Made by a program: the position numbers and the translations under genes | Shown here: positions 11,521-26,243 of the stretch, one piece after another | Layout of the letters: every line of letters begins with the position of its first letter | Position numbering within the stretch: the stretch's first letter is position 1 | Assembly: GCF_964204865.1 (NCBI RefSeq) | Contig: NC_135257.1 | Coordinates: 16,182,001-16,246,000 of the forward strand | Reading direction: 5' to 3' | Source of the DNA: Styela clava | Lineage: Eukaryota | DNA length: 64,000 nucleotides | The notes under the pieces: generated by a model | The model's database searches: none | What the model saw: only the letters and a program-made list of their open reading frames with translations | What the model was told of the DNA's origin: nothing

Positions 11521-12963
11521 AAAACCAAGCGTAGTCATATCCTTCGACCGTCTCCAACCATCTTTGCGAAATTGCTGTATTGTCGAATAAAACAATCTTT
11601 TAAAATACGTAAACGTATAGACTAAATTTTATGCGTCCTTGGGCATGTTCATTTTTCTAACAAAAAACTATCAGAAACCGGGCTCGGCATTGGTCTGGCA
11701 ATACTCTAATGGAGTTGGAGAAACTTCATAGAACAAGCTCGTGCTGCAGTGTATATTTTAGTTATTAGCATAAAAAGCAAAGATATTGATCAAATTTTAA
11801 AAGATTAAAATGCTAACATATAGTTACAGAAAAGAGAGTGCAACAAAATCACAATTTTACAGATATTTCAGCACAATGAAAAAGTTACAATTCAAAATTA
11901 TTTGGCTATAAGCAGGCAAATATACATATATATCAAGTTTTGAGTTCATTTGTATTATTGAGGAATGATGGAATATATTAAGCACAATGACACCAGCAGT
12001 AGTGATTATTCAGAATAGGATGACAATATTTTAAAAATTAAGTGGTGAGAACTAAAGAAGAAACCCAGTACTTTACGCAAATTTACTTCATAATGTAAAC
12101 ATACTGTTTTCATAAGATTTCAACGACTAGCTCTATTATTTTCATAGCACTGAACTTTATATTTTTCACCTTGTTTTTAAAATATTTTTGGATTTTGCAA
12201 ATTAAATGCACAATGCATTACAGGACTTGAACACTGCATTATCCTTGTTTTAACATGGAAGATACCATTGGCTGTCTGTTGTATAGGAAATATTACAAGG
12301 GCCAGAAATTAATAGGACTCTAAATTTTCAAGTTGAGGTCAAGAAAACCAACAGTGATGTACAGAAAGCCTGATAAAAGAAGTACAACGCTGACCAATGT
12401 ATGAAATATAGATGAAAATGATTCATGGATGGTTATTGATGAAAGGTAAAAATCATAAAGTGAAAAGCCAAGATTGCTGACTGAGACACAAAACAAAAGT
12501 GGCTCATCTTATTGGCAAGACAGTATAATCCAATGGTTGACCAATGAACAAAACCAGACTCAAACCAGATGTCATTAACATGTCTTATGAGATTGCATTC
12601 CACATATAACCAAATGCTCGACTATCCAAGAAAATCAAACAAATATTCTTAAGCAAGAAAGTAAATTCAAACTGAAAACATTACTTGAGCATTTTATGAT
12701 GAACACAGCACCAACCTGTTGAAATACTCATTGGATGACACAAGATTTTTTTAGAGAGATCACTTTTTAAAATGAATCCTTGTTTTTCCAAAACATGCTT
12801 AGTAATTTTGAATCAACATTTTAACAACTTCATTGTAATAGCCAGAATTTTATGAGTGGAATGTCATGGATTTATTCATTTCTGGTATCAACACGAGTTA
12901 GTTCGTGATGCAATGCGAAGAAAGGGATATGAGAAAGGCCTGTGCAAAATTTCACATCATCTA

Positions 12964-15900
12964 CTAAATATTCTGACTCAGTTCCTGTACCATAGCTGTG
13001 TTGCAATCTCGACACAAGATATGTCCATCCAGTGGAAAACATCCCTTTCCTTCCTTTTCTGAAGTCAGCTTGGTTCCGCATTTCTGTTGAAATTAATAGA
13101 AATTTTGAAAAACTAATAACTTTACTCAAAATTACTCCACAGCAACCAAAAACTTTTTCATGCATGTGTAATTTAGCTTTAACTACCGTATTTTACAGAC
13201 CATAAGGTAAAGAGCATTTTGATCCTTATTTATGGATCAGGTTTTGCTTTATACTTCATTGCCTACACCCAAAAACAGAACCGGTATTGCTTTAAAATCC
13301 GCTGCCAACCCAATCACACTATTATATTGACAGTTCACAACTGGCATAGAAAACAGAATACATTCAAAATTAAGATCTAAATTCAATACTATATATTATT
13401 TCAGATGTAATTTTACAATTTTACTCTGAAAAAGGCTCTAAACAGAAAGGCACCGATGAGGAATGAGCTACATGCTCAAGTGCGATGCTTCAACCTTATA
13501 TCAAATTCAACCTTATATCTGAGATTTTGAAATACTCAATGCTCAGCAGTCAGCACATAGCTGTGGAAGGTTGAAGATTGTTGATCTTAGCGCAAGTCAA
13601 GTGAAGTGCAAGATGATATGATGAAGGTCAAACCACCAAGTTACCATTTTCAATACCAATAATCACAGAGTGCTCAAAGATACGAAACATCTCAAGCATA
13701 AGCCCTATACAAGGGGGGGGGGGGAGTCCTGTTACAGCAAGAATGTACTCTCAACTATAGACCCTTTCTTACCTCGCACTTATAACAATTAACATGGAAA
13801 CTTCTGTCCAGCGCTACAATACGAACAGTTTCCTCCTGTCCTGCTTCAGGCATGATTGGTTGCTGGCAAACGGAACATCTGGGAGCAAATTTTCTGTAAA
13901 ACAAAATCACAATAACATGTCATGCCGATGCCATATTTGAATAGCCTAATGAGGGCCATGGAAGCTGAGAACAATCCAACCCAGACACCGGGTTCAAAGA
14001 TATTTGAATCAGATTCCAACCTCTGGAAAAATCAATTTTTGATAACAGAAACTTTTGACTGTTGCAACTTGAAAGCCTTCTTTGACAGACGGTTATGAAC
14101 TTGAGTTAAAGTACAAAAGTTTTGGACTTTTTTTAAAATCACTGAAGTATGCAATTCTGACTCAAAATTCGTTCTGAAGAGTTTGAAAAAACAACTTCAG
14201 TGGAAACATTCCAAATTTTGACTCCATAATACTGGTCTTAATGTTTTTTCGTGGTTCAAACTCAAAGTTTTGAACAGAATGATGATATTTATCAAAATTT
14301 CGTACAGCACAGAAAGGGGAAACACTTCTTAATTTTCTTGATACAATACAACCAAACAACACAAATCTTATTATCATAAACATACTGATGAAAATCTTCA
14401 ATGCAGTGAATCTGATTAGTGACATCAACTGTGAACGGAATTCCATCCAAACATTTTCCACAAACAACGCATTTGAAACATGCAGGATGATATGGTTTCC
14501 CTGTTGCTCGTAAAATCTAGAGTAATATTAAAATGATTAGGTTTCATGCTAACAATGACAGCTACTATACAGTACAAGTTCTAAAATGTAGAATTTCTCA
14601 TGTCATCATCAAGTTCAGCAAAATGAATTAGATAGGCTAGAATCTTGTTACGGTACCTATGTATTGAGAATGAAAAGTTTACTTTACTGAGTTTCAACAG
14701 CATAATCAGTGAATTATCCACTCAAAATATGTTCTATCTATGTTATGCATATTGAATGATGCTGTACTTACAAATTTTATTTAAACAAACTGGTAAAAAT
14801 AATGTGCTAATAAATAATGTGCTGTATTCAAAGTTGGAAACAAAGTCAATCAATAGTAATGCACTCATGTTAACACTGAATAATTCTCTTTATTCTATAT
14901 TATGCAAAAAATACAGAGTTTTATGATTAAATCGATATTGACATGCAACATAATAAAGTAAAAAGAGAGTGAGCACGTACCCTGTCAGTTATGATTTCAG
15001 AACAAACTGTGCATTTTTCTAGAGAACTCATGTAACAATCTTCGCAGAACGTTTCCTTTTCAACTACATAGAACTGAGTGCCATGGAGTAATTTATCTGA
15101 ACAAAAAATTTGGTTTTGCGCAACATAATGATTGAAAAATATTTTTACCAAGCATTGTGATACAATAAAGGCACATAAGTTGCCTATACAATCTAGAATT
15201 TTTGCCGGAAATTCAATGTTCAATGAACTTATTGTCTATTTCACATTCGCAATGTATTGGTATTGATCAGTGATCACGAATACGTGCGTAAGAACAACTT
15301 CCTAGATTTAGATCATTGAATTCCTATAAAACTCTGTAACACAAAATTTTAGCTAGGGGCAAATAAAAAATAGATTAAAAGAAAAATGAATTCTGCTTGC
15401 TTTCAAATAAGGAAGTTCATTCAAAACTTGGAAAGAATTGCACAATTTTTGACAATGTTGCTCAGTTAGCGGAAGTAAATATCATGAACTTACCACAAGT
15501 TTTACAGCGAAAGCAATCGACATGAAATATTTTGTCCATTGCCTCACAACCTGTTTTTTCCCCTTCGACTATACCATTACATTTTCCACAATAACCATAC
15601 ATATCTTTGTCCTAAAAAATAGACAGTCATTGTTCAACATATTTAACAATGCTTAATATATTTCTTTATTAAAGTATTCGATATGAGTTTGACCTAGCGC
15701 GGGATACACTAATCAGCACACCACACCCTTGGTAAAGTGACAATTCGAATGGTTACAAAGATTTTTATTATAACTAATTTTAATTCTGTATCATTCTAGT
15801 AATTAAAACTGAGAAAATAACCCACCAATGTAAGGCACCAACACAATTAGCATTCATAAGAAAGCTTTATAAATAATACAATATCAGATTAAAACTTATA

Positions 15901-18900
15901 TAGATATTTAGGGTGTGTCACCATAGGGCTTAAAATAACAAAATGCTCGTGTGGAACCAAATGGCTATTGTGGAAATTTGAACATTTACGCTAACAATCC
16001 GACCCGATGAGGCATATTTTTATTGCCAATTTCTAAATTTAAAAGCATATGTGGGATGCACCAGTAATTGCAATATGGTATCATATCAAATTAACAAGAT
16101 TGTGCAGTTAGTTTCTAATACAACATAATAAGTTGCAGCGATGCAGATTTAATATTTTCCTATTCAGGAAGTCATCATGGTAACAGATTGTCAACATTGC
16201 AATAATTAGATGGTAGTTTCGATTGAACAGAATAAGGAACAGGAAACTATGAGAGTCTTTGAAAATGACACTTTCCTAATCAGATATATATCGAATTAGG
16301 AACATAGGATCTTTATATTCGATTCTCCATTGCACTGGTATAATCAAGAGTCTAATTGCATATTCAATAATATTGCAGAGAAAACCAATTACCGGAATAA
16401 CATGATTCCAAATTTAACAGAATAGATTTACAATTCATAATTCGACAGTATGCATTTAAAGTGAATAAATACACACAGCAAAGACTCATAAAAACTAAAA
16501 TTTAAAAAAAATATGAGTCTTAGTATTCTGTTAAATCAGGCAAATTATTTTTGCAATGAGCATTCTGACTATGGCACAATTTGTTTTTTTTCTCTTACCC
16601 CAGGACTGTTCATTTTATCGATAAGTGATTTTGTATAGAAGTCCAATTCATCTTCCTTAGATCTTGATGCATCGGAAGATGTTGTGGATGTAGCAAGAGG
16701 GGTTGACGATGATATTGAATGAGCCATTTGACCGTTACTCTTTGACAACACACCGTTTGGAGTGGTTTCTTCTGTATCTAATTGAAGGTCAAGACTCTGC
16801 ATTTGAAAATGTAAAAGCGTTAAAACAGTTTAGTCTACCTGCATATTGATCTTTCATAATCATAGGCAGGCCTATGCATGCAATTATTGATATGCATTTT
16901 GATTCTATACAAGCTTTGCTGGATCGATTCTGAATAAAAGAAATAATTCTTTTAGAGCATAATTTTTGTTGGCTAGTTCAGACAATTTGATATTTTTGCC
17001 ATACTAAGAATTTTACATGGGAACGAGTTTTCACTCCCTGGATAAAATATTCAACTTTATAATATTTAAAAGTTAATAAAATAGTACATACAACAATATT
17101 GAACTCAGTATATGGGTCTGCAACTACATTATCTATTTCAAAAATTGATAATGAGTATACATACTGGGAATGATGGTTTCGTTTCTTCCTGGATTTCTTC
17201 TGGTGGAGGTGGTTTAGGCAGTGGAATGTTAAAATTTGGCGGAGACTTTAATGTATCTGTTGGACTTGTTATAGGTGATTCTCTCGATTGAGATCTGGTA
17301 ACCTAAATGAAATTACAATTGTTACACGAAGGTTGTTAGAATGTAATTTTAGAACCTTTTTCAGGAAGTAATTTAAAATATTTATATTATCCAATCTATC
17401 TCATCGACTGGAGCATTCGAATTATATTTAATCAAAATTGATATGTTACATTGGGTGGAAATAGCCCAACTGAATTGCATGAGCCTACAAAGTAACGGTA
17501 TGGTTTCGGATGGTACCGTACTATTCCTGTATTCAGGCTCGTTCTTTACAAACGTACAAAATCGATGCTACATAATACTGTAATATGTTAGAAAAATTTA
17601 AGTGCTGCTCAACGATTGGAATAAGGTGCCAAATGTTGAATGTTATATTTTATACTTCATCTCCTCTAGTTTTTCAATAATACAGTAATAGGGGAAATCA
17701 TATAAAACATGTTTAGTTCAGGATTCAGACTCTGCCACTAGTGGGAATCATACGATGATCACTGATCCTGTGATCAGAATTATCGTATCCTAGTCATCTG
17801 TAGTCTGCTAAAAGATTGGGGTCTGATATTCAAGTTGAACGAACCCTAAATCTATCAATAAAAGCAAATTAAATATACTGGTAAATAGGAATTTCAAGTC
17901 AACAGGAAACAATCGAATGCATTCAATACTCAGATTATGGTAAATCTATAAATGTTGACTTTACGATTTCTTAATTCAGTAATGGTTATTGGCGGCTGTG
18001 GTTCCTTATTTAAGATATCAAAAGACGCTTGCGTAAAAAACTATAAAACGCCACATCGAACTCATTTTCACTTCCATAATAAAATCTAAGAGCTGAAGAG
18101 TGGCCCACGCATGCCATGTTGTATGAGATATGTATAAACAGAGGCAGCTCATGCGATTCTGTAAAATATTTACTTAAGATTTTAATCAAGATACCTCGTC
18201 CCCAATATTACACAAAACTGCACAATGTTTTAGTACGAGTCCCGTCGTCGATACACAAAACCGGTTTAACAATACTATGAAAGTTACTGAGCTCTGAGAA
18301 TCCGCCCCTAATTCCACAAACAACGCTTAGCTTACGCAAACGAGACGATGGCAGACCCCGCCGAAACGACAATATCACACGCTCGAGTGACTAGACGACA
18401 AAACATTTTTTTGGATTTCCATGTATGGAGGAATACTTTTGGTTTCCCAGCGCTAAAAGTAGACTAAATTTCTCTCGTGCGCGATTAGCGAATTTTTGTT
18501 ATTGTGAGAAATGTATTTACCTGAACTTTACGCAACCGCTATAATCTATGGGTATAGGTGTGAAATACAAAATTATTTACATTAAATTTACCTAACCCTG
18601 TTAACCTGGAACATCAAATATTAAAATTTCTAACGATGGATTATCGAATAAAACAAAACTTACCTTAAATTTAAGCATCCTGATTATTAAATCTGAGAAA
18701 CTTCAAAATACAACAAAGCTTGTTTGTTCGCACTGCCGCGGGAAGACACTATTCAAATAAGGCAGAACGTATCGATATTCAAACAAGACAAATACGACCG
18801 TGACGTGGGATGACGTGAGGGCAAGCCCGTGATTGATAAAGCGCAAAACCTATGCAGAAACTGTGGGAATGTGGTGATATGATCTATGCAAAAATAACAT

Positions 18901-20918
18901 AATATAATCAATCACAACTTAATGGGTTGTTGCACCGAAAATACATTTCTCGATACTATTGATTTAACCACCACACGCATAGATGAATTATTCGTGATCC
19001 GAGCAAAAGTTTCATGATTTCAAGTAACTGCTATAGAATAACGAGATAATAGACAATAATGAAATATAATAATGCGAAAATAATGGATTTCGATAATATG
19101 CAGTTTCATAATAAGGTATAGTACGTCCGTGTGTACCGATATACACCATTTCTATACCATATACCAATTGTTTGCTTTGTTTCAGCGATAACAGTGAGCA
19201 AGTACAAACCATCATGAAATACAGCGACAATTCATATTACCGACTAACTTAACTAAATACCCACGTTCAAGTAAAAATAGAATACCATTTTCAACGTAAA
19301 CCTATATATTACTGTATTAAAGTAGAACGGTACTCACAAGCTTATATTATAACAGATTACTCGGCTATATGACTTTCTACTAACACTATCATTTACGGAA
19401 GCTAGTACGGAACAACTATTTCATTGTTTCCTATGCAAACAATATTTTCGCTCAGTTATTTAATTTAGACTCCAAAAGTAAATTTCTAATACGGCAGTTA
19501 GGTCATATTTTTCAGTGCTGTTTCTACACGACTTGGCAGTAATCAGCCAAAACTTTTAAGTCTTTGTTGGTCTGGTTTATGTTACATACCGAACATACTA
19601 AGATTACGCTAGCTATAGCGATTCATAATATCGTATTACGTTTCACGAACGTCGAAAACAGCGCAGCCCAATAATGCAAAAGTTGGACTTTATTTTAGAT
19701 ATAGAATGATTCATACACTTAGCGGAAGAATTTGATTCCGGTTATTCTCAAGTCCTTTGCAGCTTAATAATGGTTTATTATGCGTGGAAGATTTACAGAG
19801 GTAAATAATAGTTTCGATTTCGTTATTATGTTTGTTTAGCTGTGATCACACAAAAAGCCAGCGAAATATCATGCGGTTTATCAAATCGCATTAGAAAATT
19901 TGCTGAAAATCGTCTTCTTATTAGTACAGTAGCAACATATTCAGAATATACCAAAAATGGATCTTGTGCAGGCTCAAATTCATATATACAGTATACGACG
20001 TTTTTTTTTTTATATGTTTTCCACTCTTAACAAATCTATGCACAAGCTAGGTGAATAGCTATTATAATTTGAAAGAACCGGAGTATTTCCAGTTCGGTAT
20101 TGACAATTTACTTTATTGCACTCAGGGTGGGGTGGACGTCATGGGAATTTGGCCAAACGTCTGATGGTCCAAAGATGATTTAGCCTATGTGAATTGTGCA
20201 TTTTTAAAAATAAGGTAGTATAAGGCAAGTCAAAAAGTTAGTTCCGCATTTTATGACGCATCTAACTCGCCGCTCCGGACGAGGTTCTAAACAAGGATTA
20301 ACTTCGACTCGAATTCACAAATTTAATTCTGCAGTGTTTGGTCTGTCCATGGTTTGAATAACTAAGGAAGTCTGACCTTGGTTGCAGGAAACGTTATAGA
20401 ACGCGGTTTGCGTAAATGTGAAGCTAAACTTTTAAACCTCTAACACAAAATCATGAGAGGAGTAGTTTCATCAATTTCCAATGTGATAAATCCTACTATT
20501 CGACGCCATTAAGCCATGTCTCAACAATTCCGTTCCGATTAAGGCCGATTTGCGTATAATTCCTGGGAAAGCACCAATATCTTATCGCAGTATTTTAGCA
20601 CGCTATTGCGCACGACCATATAAAAATGCCGTAGTTTTTACATCAGACTTCGATATAGTGACGTTGATACAATATACACAAGCAATAAATATAGTCGTAT
20701 CACAAAAAATTCTTCAATTGAGCTTGTTTAGATAAAGCGAATGATTAGTAGTGTAATTTCATAGCAGAAATATTCACCCCATTTTGAACTGGTGTTACAG
20801 TTGTGTTTATTTCATAAGCAAAATCTTCGTATGGATTGCTCTTGACATCATTCATAGCATTTTCTGCAACACCCAGAGCGTTCAATTCGTCATCAAGCCA
20901 GGATAATTCAACGGCCAT
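12964..20918 (-). CDS. LPP: LPP/TRIP6/zyxin-family focal adhesion protein with three C-terminal LIM domains (~360 aa)
   Basis: Eight phase-compatible exons: 20918-20778, 17302-17165, 16796-16599, 15611-15494, 15096-14981, 14516-14386, 13893-13773 and 13083-12964. They encode the pre-LIM helix [21 protein letters not shown]1 [18 protein letters not shown]2 [31 protein letters not shown] and LIM3 [55 protein letters not shown], very close to vertebrate LPP. It is probably a pro-orthologue of LPP/TRIP6/ZYX. Confidence 0.93.
18664..18692 (-). other. Candidate alternative first coding micro-exon of the LIM gene (MLKFK)
   Basis: tttctcAG|ATTTAATAATCAGG ATG CTT AAA TTT AAG|GTAAGT: strong acceptor and consensus donor, phase 0, compatible with exon 17302-17165. 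Confidence 0.55.
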
Positions 20919-23900
20919 ATTCTTTTTTAAATCTGAGAAGGTACAGTCGAACAAAATGATTAAAATTGAAATAATACTCAAATTTTACTCTCGCCTATAC
21001 TGTATATTTCCATTGTTGTGCTCAATATAATTAGCTGTCAGAAAAGGTTAAATATTTTACGATATTACTTTCCCTGCCTTGAATATCTAACCTGAACTAA
21101 TTTATCATGTTGATTCGCTATTAACTATGCAGAAGGAGTAATGTAAACACTGTTAAGCTCCAAAAGTTGTAAACATGCAATGACATTAACTTATCAACAC
21201 TTAATCTGGAACGATGACTAATAACATATATCCTTCTAAAGTCTTACTCCGCTGTCTTGCTTGTTTCTTGTCTTATTCGGAACAAAATACTTCTTCGAAA
21301 CTCTTACTAATGATTTGACATTTTTCGAAATCAATATTTACTTCTACCGACTGTAGATGAAACTGAAATAATGTTTTTACCTTTATGACACAACTTTCGT
21401 CACGTTTCGACAATTTCACTGCATGGTATGACAGGATATAGTTCGGCCCTAGAACAGGAAAAACGTCATCAAATAGCACTTATGGATATAATAACTTCCA
21501 ATACACTAGGATTGGTAGATACGTTTTGGCGGCTATTCATACATTGACTGTTGGATATGTCGCATTTAGGAGAAATAACTAAATGAACCGGAATCCAGAC
21601 TTCATTTTACTGAAAATTATCCCGCCAAATGTCATGTAATAGAATTTTTTTTCATCGTGTAGAGAACGATTATGAAATTTGGTGTCGAGTTTGCTCTTAC
21701 GAAATGTCATCGTAAAAACACTTTACCTCTCTCCATGTTCACATAGTTTCCCATTTTAAAATACTGTATTTAAATAAATGTACTGGTAGCGAAAGAGACA
21801 TCAGACCTCAGACATCAATCTTATTCATGGGCTTGTTTGCGGCGATGTCTTGGCTGAAAATGATACTCGAAATAGTATTTTTTACCTCCATTTGTATGAG
21901 TGTGACATTTTCGAGCAATAAAAATATTCTAAACTATTTTATTTCAAAAGTAATGTGAATATTATTATATATATCTGTTACTATACGCAAACCGCTTTTA
22001 TCAAGGGACTTCCCATGAAGACGGAATCTCGACGATTAGATCCGCATGAGTTGCTATTTGACGGAAGAGGCACCGAGGAATTTAGGCGGAAGTGAGATAG
22101 CAATATTGGCAAGCAAGTAAAATATCCTGTCGTAACCGACAATATACTCACAAAGAAGGAAAATTCAACGAAAAGACAAAATAAATATGTGGTATACCAA
22201 TATCTAAAAATAGATACTCGCCTAAATCATCGGACTATAAAGCGTTCAGTATTCGTCAAATATTATAAATGATACAATCCGAGATCAATAAACTTTGTAG
22301 CCGGCGACAATTAATATTTCAGTTATCGATTGTCCGGTAAACCATTTCTTTTTATCGATTATTATCGATAGAAACTATCAAACATTTCGCTATCGTATTC
22401 TCATAGAAACTATTTTACGGGGCCAAACTTTTATTCTCGAATGCATAACGATATATATTCGCACGCATCGCTCGTTTTACATCTTTTATAGGAGGCGAAT
22501 ATAATCGACAGGGGAAAACCAGTGGAGGAGGTTACGAAGATTACTTCAAGCTCGCTTTGTGATGATATAGGTCACAGTTCTCACGAAATATTGCGTTGAT
22601 CGTTGTTCCATAGTAGTAGATTAGACAAGACGTGTTGTGCATTTCATGGAACGAGAGGATGGTTTTACGTCAGAAATCACTATTCTTTATCGTTTCTCTT
22701 TTCAAAAATATCTTTGTCTGAATATCACGTGTTCAATAGTAGGTCAATTAGTTGTTTCAATATGAAACGCATTTATTAAATCCTGCATTCACTCTATAGC
22801 TTAACATTTATGATGAGATGAATCCATTTAGATCCTTGAACAAAATGTAAACGTGATAAAACTAGAATTACGTCACGGAGGCATACACGAAAATGTATAA
22901 AAAATATATCTCAAGTAAACTGTGATAACGCACAAAATATGGCTCGATCCATTTTTAATGCAAGAACCCTGCGGACGCTGACACATTAATATCAACATAT
23001 ACACCGCTTTGAAGGGTAAATAACTACGAAAAAGTACCAAGCGGTGATTTAAAAACCGCTAACAAGCTTGATTAGAAGTGAAAATCAAGTGCGACTTTTG
23101 CGAATATTAATATTATCAATTCTCATTCTGTGTCTAAAACTTATCACCGCTAAAGACGATTGTTAAAGACGACCGACACGATCTACACGATCTGAAACAC
23201 TGCAAAATCTTCTATATATTATATACACACGACTATTAAATCTTTAGTTGACTTGATTTGATAGATTGAGTAGCGTACAATTAGTTTATAATTATTCGGC
23301 ACTTAACTACCAACTTCCGCCGTGTAATAAGTTAACACTGCCCGGGCATTGTACTCGTCGGTAATTTTTACCTACACGGAACTAATTAGCGGGAGACACT
23401 CTCACTTTTAAGAGAAGCTGCTGTTAAAACATTGCACATATGTTGATATCAACAGCTTCCTATGAAATTTAAATACAGCCGTGCGAACTGATTGTATTCT
23501 ATATAGGCTATTATATAATATAGCTTAGCCTCAATATGATCAACCTGTCTCAATATTACTTTCGATCATAATGTTATCAAATTAACAAGTAAATACTACT
23601 CGCAAATAAATTATCTGCAAGCGGGCCTTCGTTCCTGCTTTTATTTGTTATTGAACACAAAGTGGCCCTATGAAAAGTTTTGCTAAATTTTACGTTTTTT
23701 TTTTCTATTGTGAAAAATACACTCCATTCTGCTACTGATAAACCTAATAAATCTAACTTCAAATTTTCAGCGCTTCCAATTTGGAAGAAGGCTATTACTA
23801 TTCCAAAAAGGCTATTACATTCATAGATTTAATTTTCTCTGAGTTCTGTGGGACTCGATATTTCACCCTAAATTTTGCTGCTTTATTTTAATTTATTGGT

Positions 23901-25268
23901 AACACTTTTTGTTCCGTCATGCTTGTTCGTCGATCTTTCCAGAAACTCCTTTCTAAGCCTAAGTATTAGTACCGATAGGCGATCTTCGTGTCCAAGCAAT
24001 TAAATTTTTTATCTGATATTAATACCATAATATTGCGCAACTAAAGAGACCTTGCGTTTGTGATACATCTTTCATGGATTAAACAAACACAAAATAATAC
24101 ATCCAACCAATTATAAAATGATGCGGGAATCTTAACCTATCGCTAGATATTCTATTCAAATGCCGAAGATTTTTAGTGAGTTGGTATTTCAAAGCATTCA
24201 GAAAATTGAAAGTAATTTTTTATAATACGCATATATATATATTTTTTTTTTGACTTACTTGCTTTAGATCACTTCAATTTAGGAACTGTTTTCTGAAACT
24301 CATTCTTATTTCAGGACTCGTTCAGAATTTTATCTGAGACCTGAATGACTCATGGTGATAGGAGACTATAGTCCGGAATTTTTCTTTTCATATGCCTTGC
24401 TTGCAATTTTGCCATGCAAACGAGAACTGACAAACAATAGTGAGAAGTTTCCATTGTTATATTCAGATTCAGACACGTATTTAATCATGCAAGAATCAAT
24501 ATAAAGCAAAAGAAAAACATTTTAAACTAAAAAAAAACGCGAAACATGGATTCACAGCAATTGAAGCGGGTTTGCAAAAGACACTACTATAAGTCATCTA
24601 GTCGACGACACCTTGTTGCTGCATTACAGCAGCAAATATAGCAATTAGATATAGCAAAAAAATGTGCATGTGCGTGATAGTATAATCTACATATGAAATA
24701 AATTTGAATTACAAATTACTGCTGAGTGATGCATAAACTTATATGCAAACAGTTATAAAGGGAAGCCGTACCAAAAACTACGGATATACACATGAAGCAA
24801 CCGAATAATATTTGGCAGCGAATAACCAAAATACTATTCCTATTGCTATATCAAAATGATATGTCGAATTTATACCTCATATTCTCCGTTTCCAGTACAC
24901 AAGGACAAGGGATAGAAAAAAATACAAAGAAACGCAGCGATTGCCTTCGATTGTACAACATAAAATTTGCCGTTATATTTGTTTAATCACAAAATCAATT
25001 GGCGTTGATATGAATCGCGTGATGTCGCTATGACATGTATTTTGCCAAAGTGAGTTGCTACGCTTGTCAATACTGCCGCTAGTGTCCAACCCTCTTCTGC
25101 TAACATAGTTACACGGTCAGATTTTGATGCATAAGATTAATAACTTTAGACATTGAAATAAGGAGTCATCTGATCATCCACAAATTAAACTAAAAAAATT
25201 CATTTCAATTCTCATATTAAAACGTTGAATATGTCTTTCTAGAGTTACGAGCCAAGTCGAGCTTACTA

Positions 25269-25637
25269 TCGTGTTTCCCCGAAAATAGTCATATTTTCAA
25301 TTTTCTTCCGAAAAATAGCACTAGGGCTTAGTTTCGGGGGATGTCTTATATTCTTATTTATCAAAAACAAAATTACAAAGTAGAGAGTTCAAAATTTTCA
25401 AATATGGAAAAAAGATGAAAACCGATATCCATTTACTTATAAATAACACGTTTTTATTCAAAGTAACCGCAAAACATAGATTATCAATCATTTAAAACGA
25501 GCAGGAGAGATTTCTTTCTATCGACTGGGTCAAAAAAAAAACTTCACGTTATTGACTAGGTCTTATTTTCAGGAGGAGGGCTTATATTAAAATCATTTTT
25601 AAAATTCAGGCTTGGTCTTATTTTCATGGAAACACGG
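25269..25637. mobile_element. Tc1/mariner-superfamily (pogo/Tigger-like) MITE
   Basis: Ends TA|tcgtgtttccccgaaaatag ... tcttattttcatggaaacacgg|TA, with a TA duplication and internal tcttattttc repeats. A related inverted copy lies at 63730-63928. Confidence 0.8.
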
Positions 25638-26053
25638 TAAGCTTACTTCGGACTTTAATTCACAAAACTAAAATCACAAACAATCAAGTAACAACTCGAA
25701 ATAAAGCGATTTTTCATCGCACAAAATTGATAATAGTATTTCAATGAGCATCGAATTCAAATGAATTTGTTACCTTCTAAATCGATTTGTGATCAAACTG
25801 GTGAACATGCTTAATTTAGCATTGAATTTGAATATCAAACCCGAATGGTTGATAAAATTGTCTTTGTCTGAGACGTTTTGAATATCCAATGCATTCAAAC
25901 ACAAAGACAGAGATGGAAAAATAGAAGTTTGCCATGCGACCGATAAAGATTAGCTGTGATTTGTTGAATTGTATCTGTACTATATATCTCGTATAGAAGT
26001 ATCGTTAGTACCCGAGCCCAAAAGACCCAGGTATTATATCATAGATTCATATT

Positions 26054-26243
26054 GGAACGCAGTATGTGTACCAGGTTAGGTTTAGGCCCTAATTTCAGGT
26101 ACAAATACTACGGGAGTAACCTGGCTAGTCCCCGATAGAACTATAAAACGTAAAATTGGAATAAAATTATGGCCTAACCCTAACCTGGTATACATTCTAC
26201 GTTCCGGTGTCCGCCATCTTGGTTCACATACTTCGGGAGTACC
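26054..26243. repeat. Most complete copy of the foldback/MITE-like element with telomere-like motifs
   Basis: Inverted arms tgtgtaccaggttaggtttaggcc and ggcctaaccctaacctggtataca around a ~85-bp core. Confidence 0.75.

Noticed and set aside
13713-13724. G12 homopolymer
   Set aside because: A simple intronic mononucleotide run with no further structure.
26070-26190. Interstitial telomere or chromosome-fusion scar
   Set aside because: Only one or two TTAGGG-like units per arm, embedded in a dispersed repeat family.
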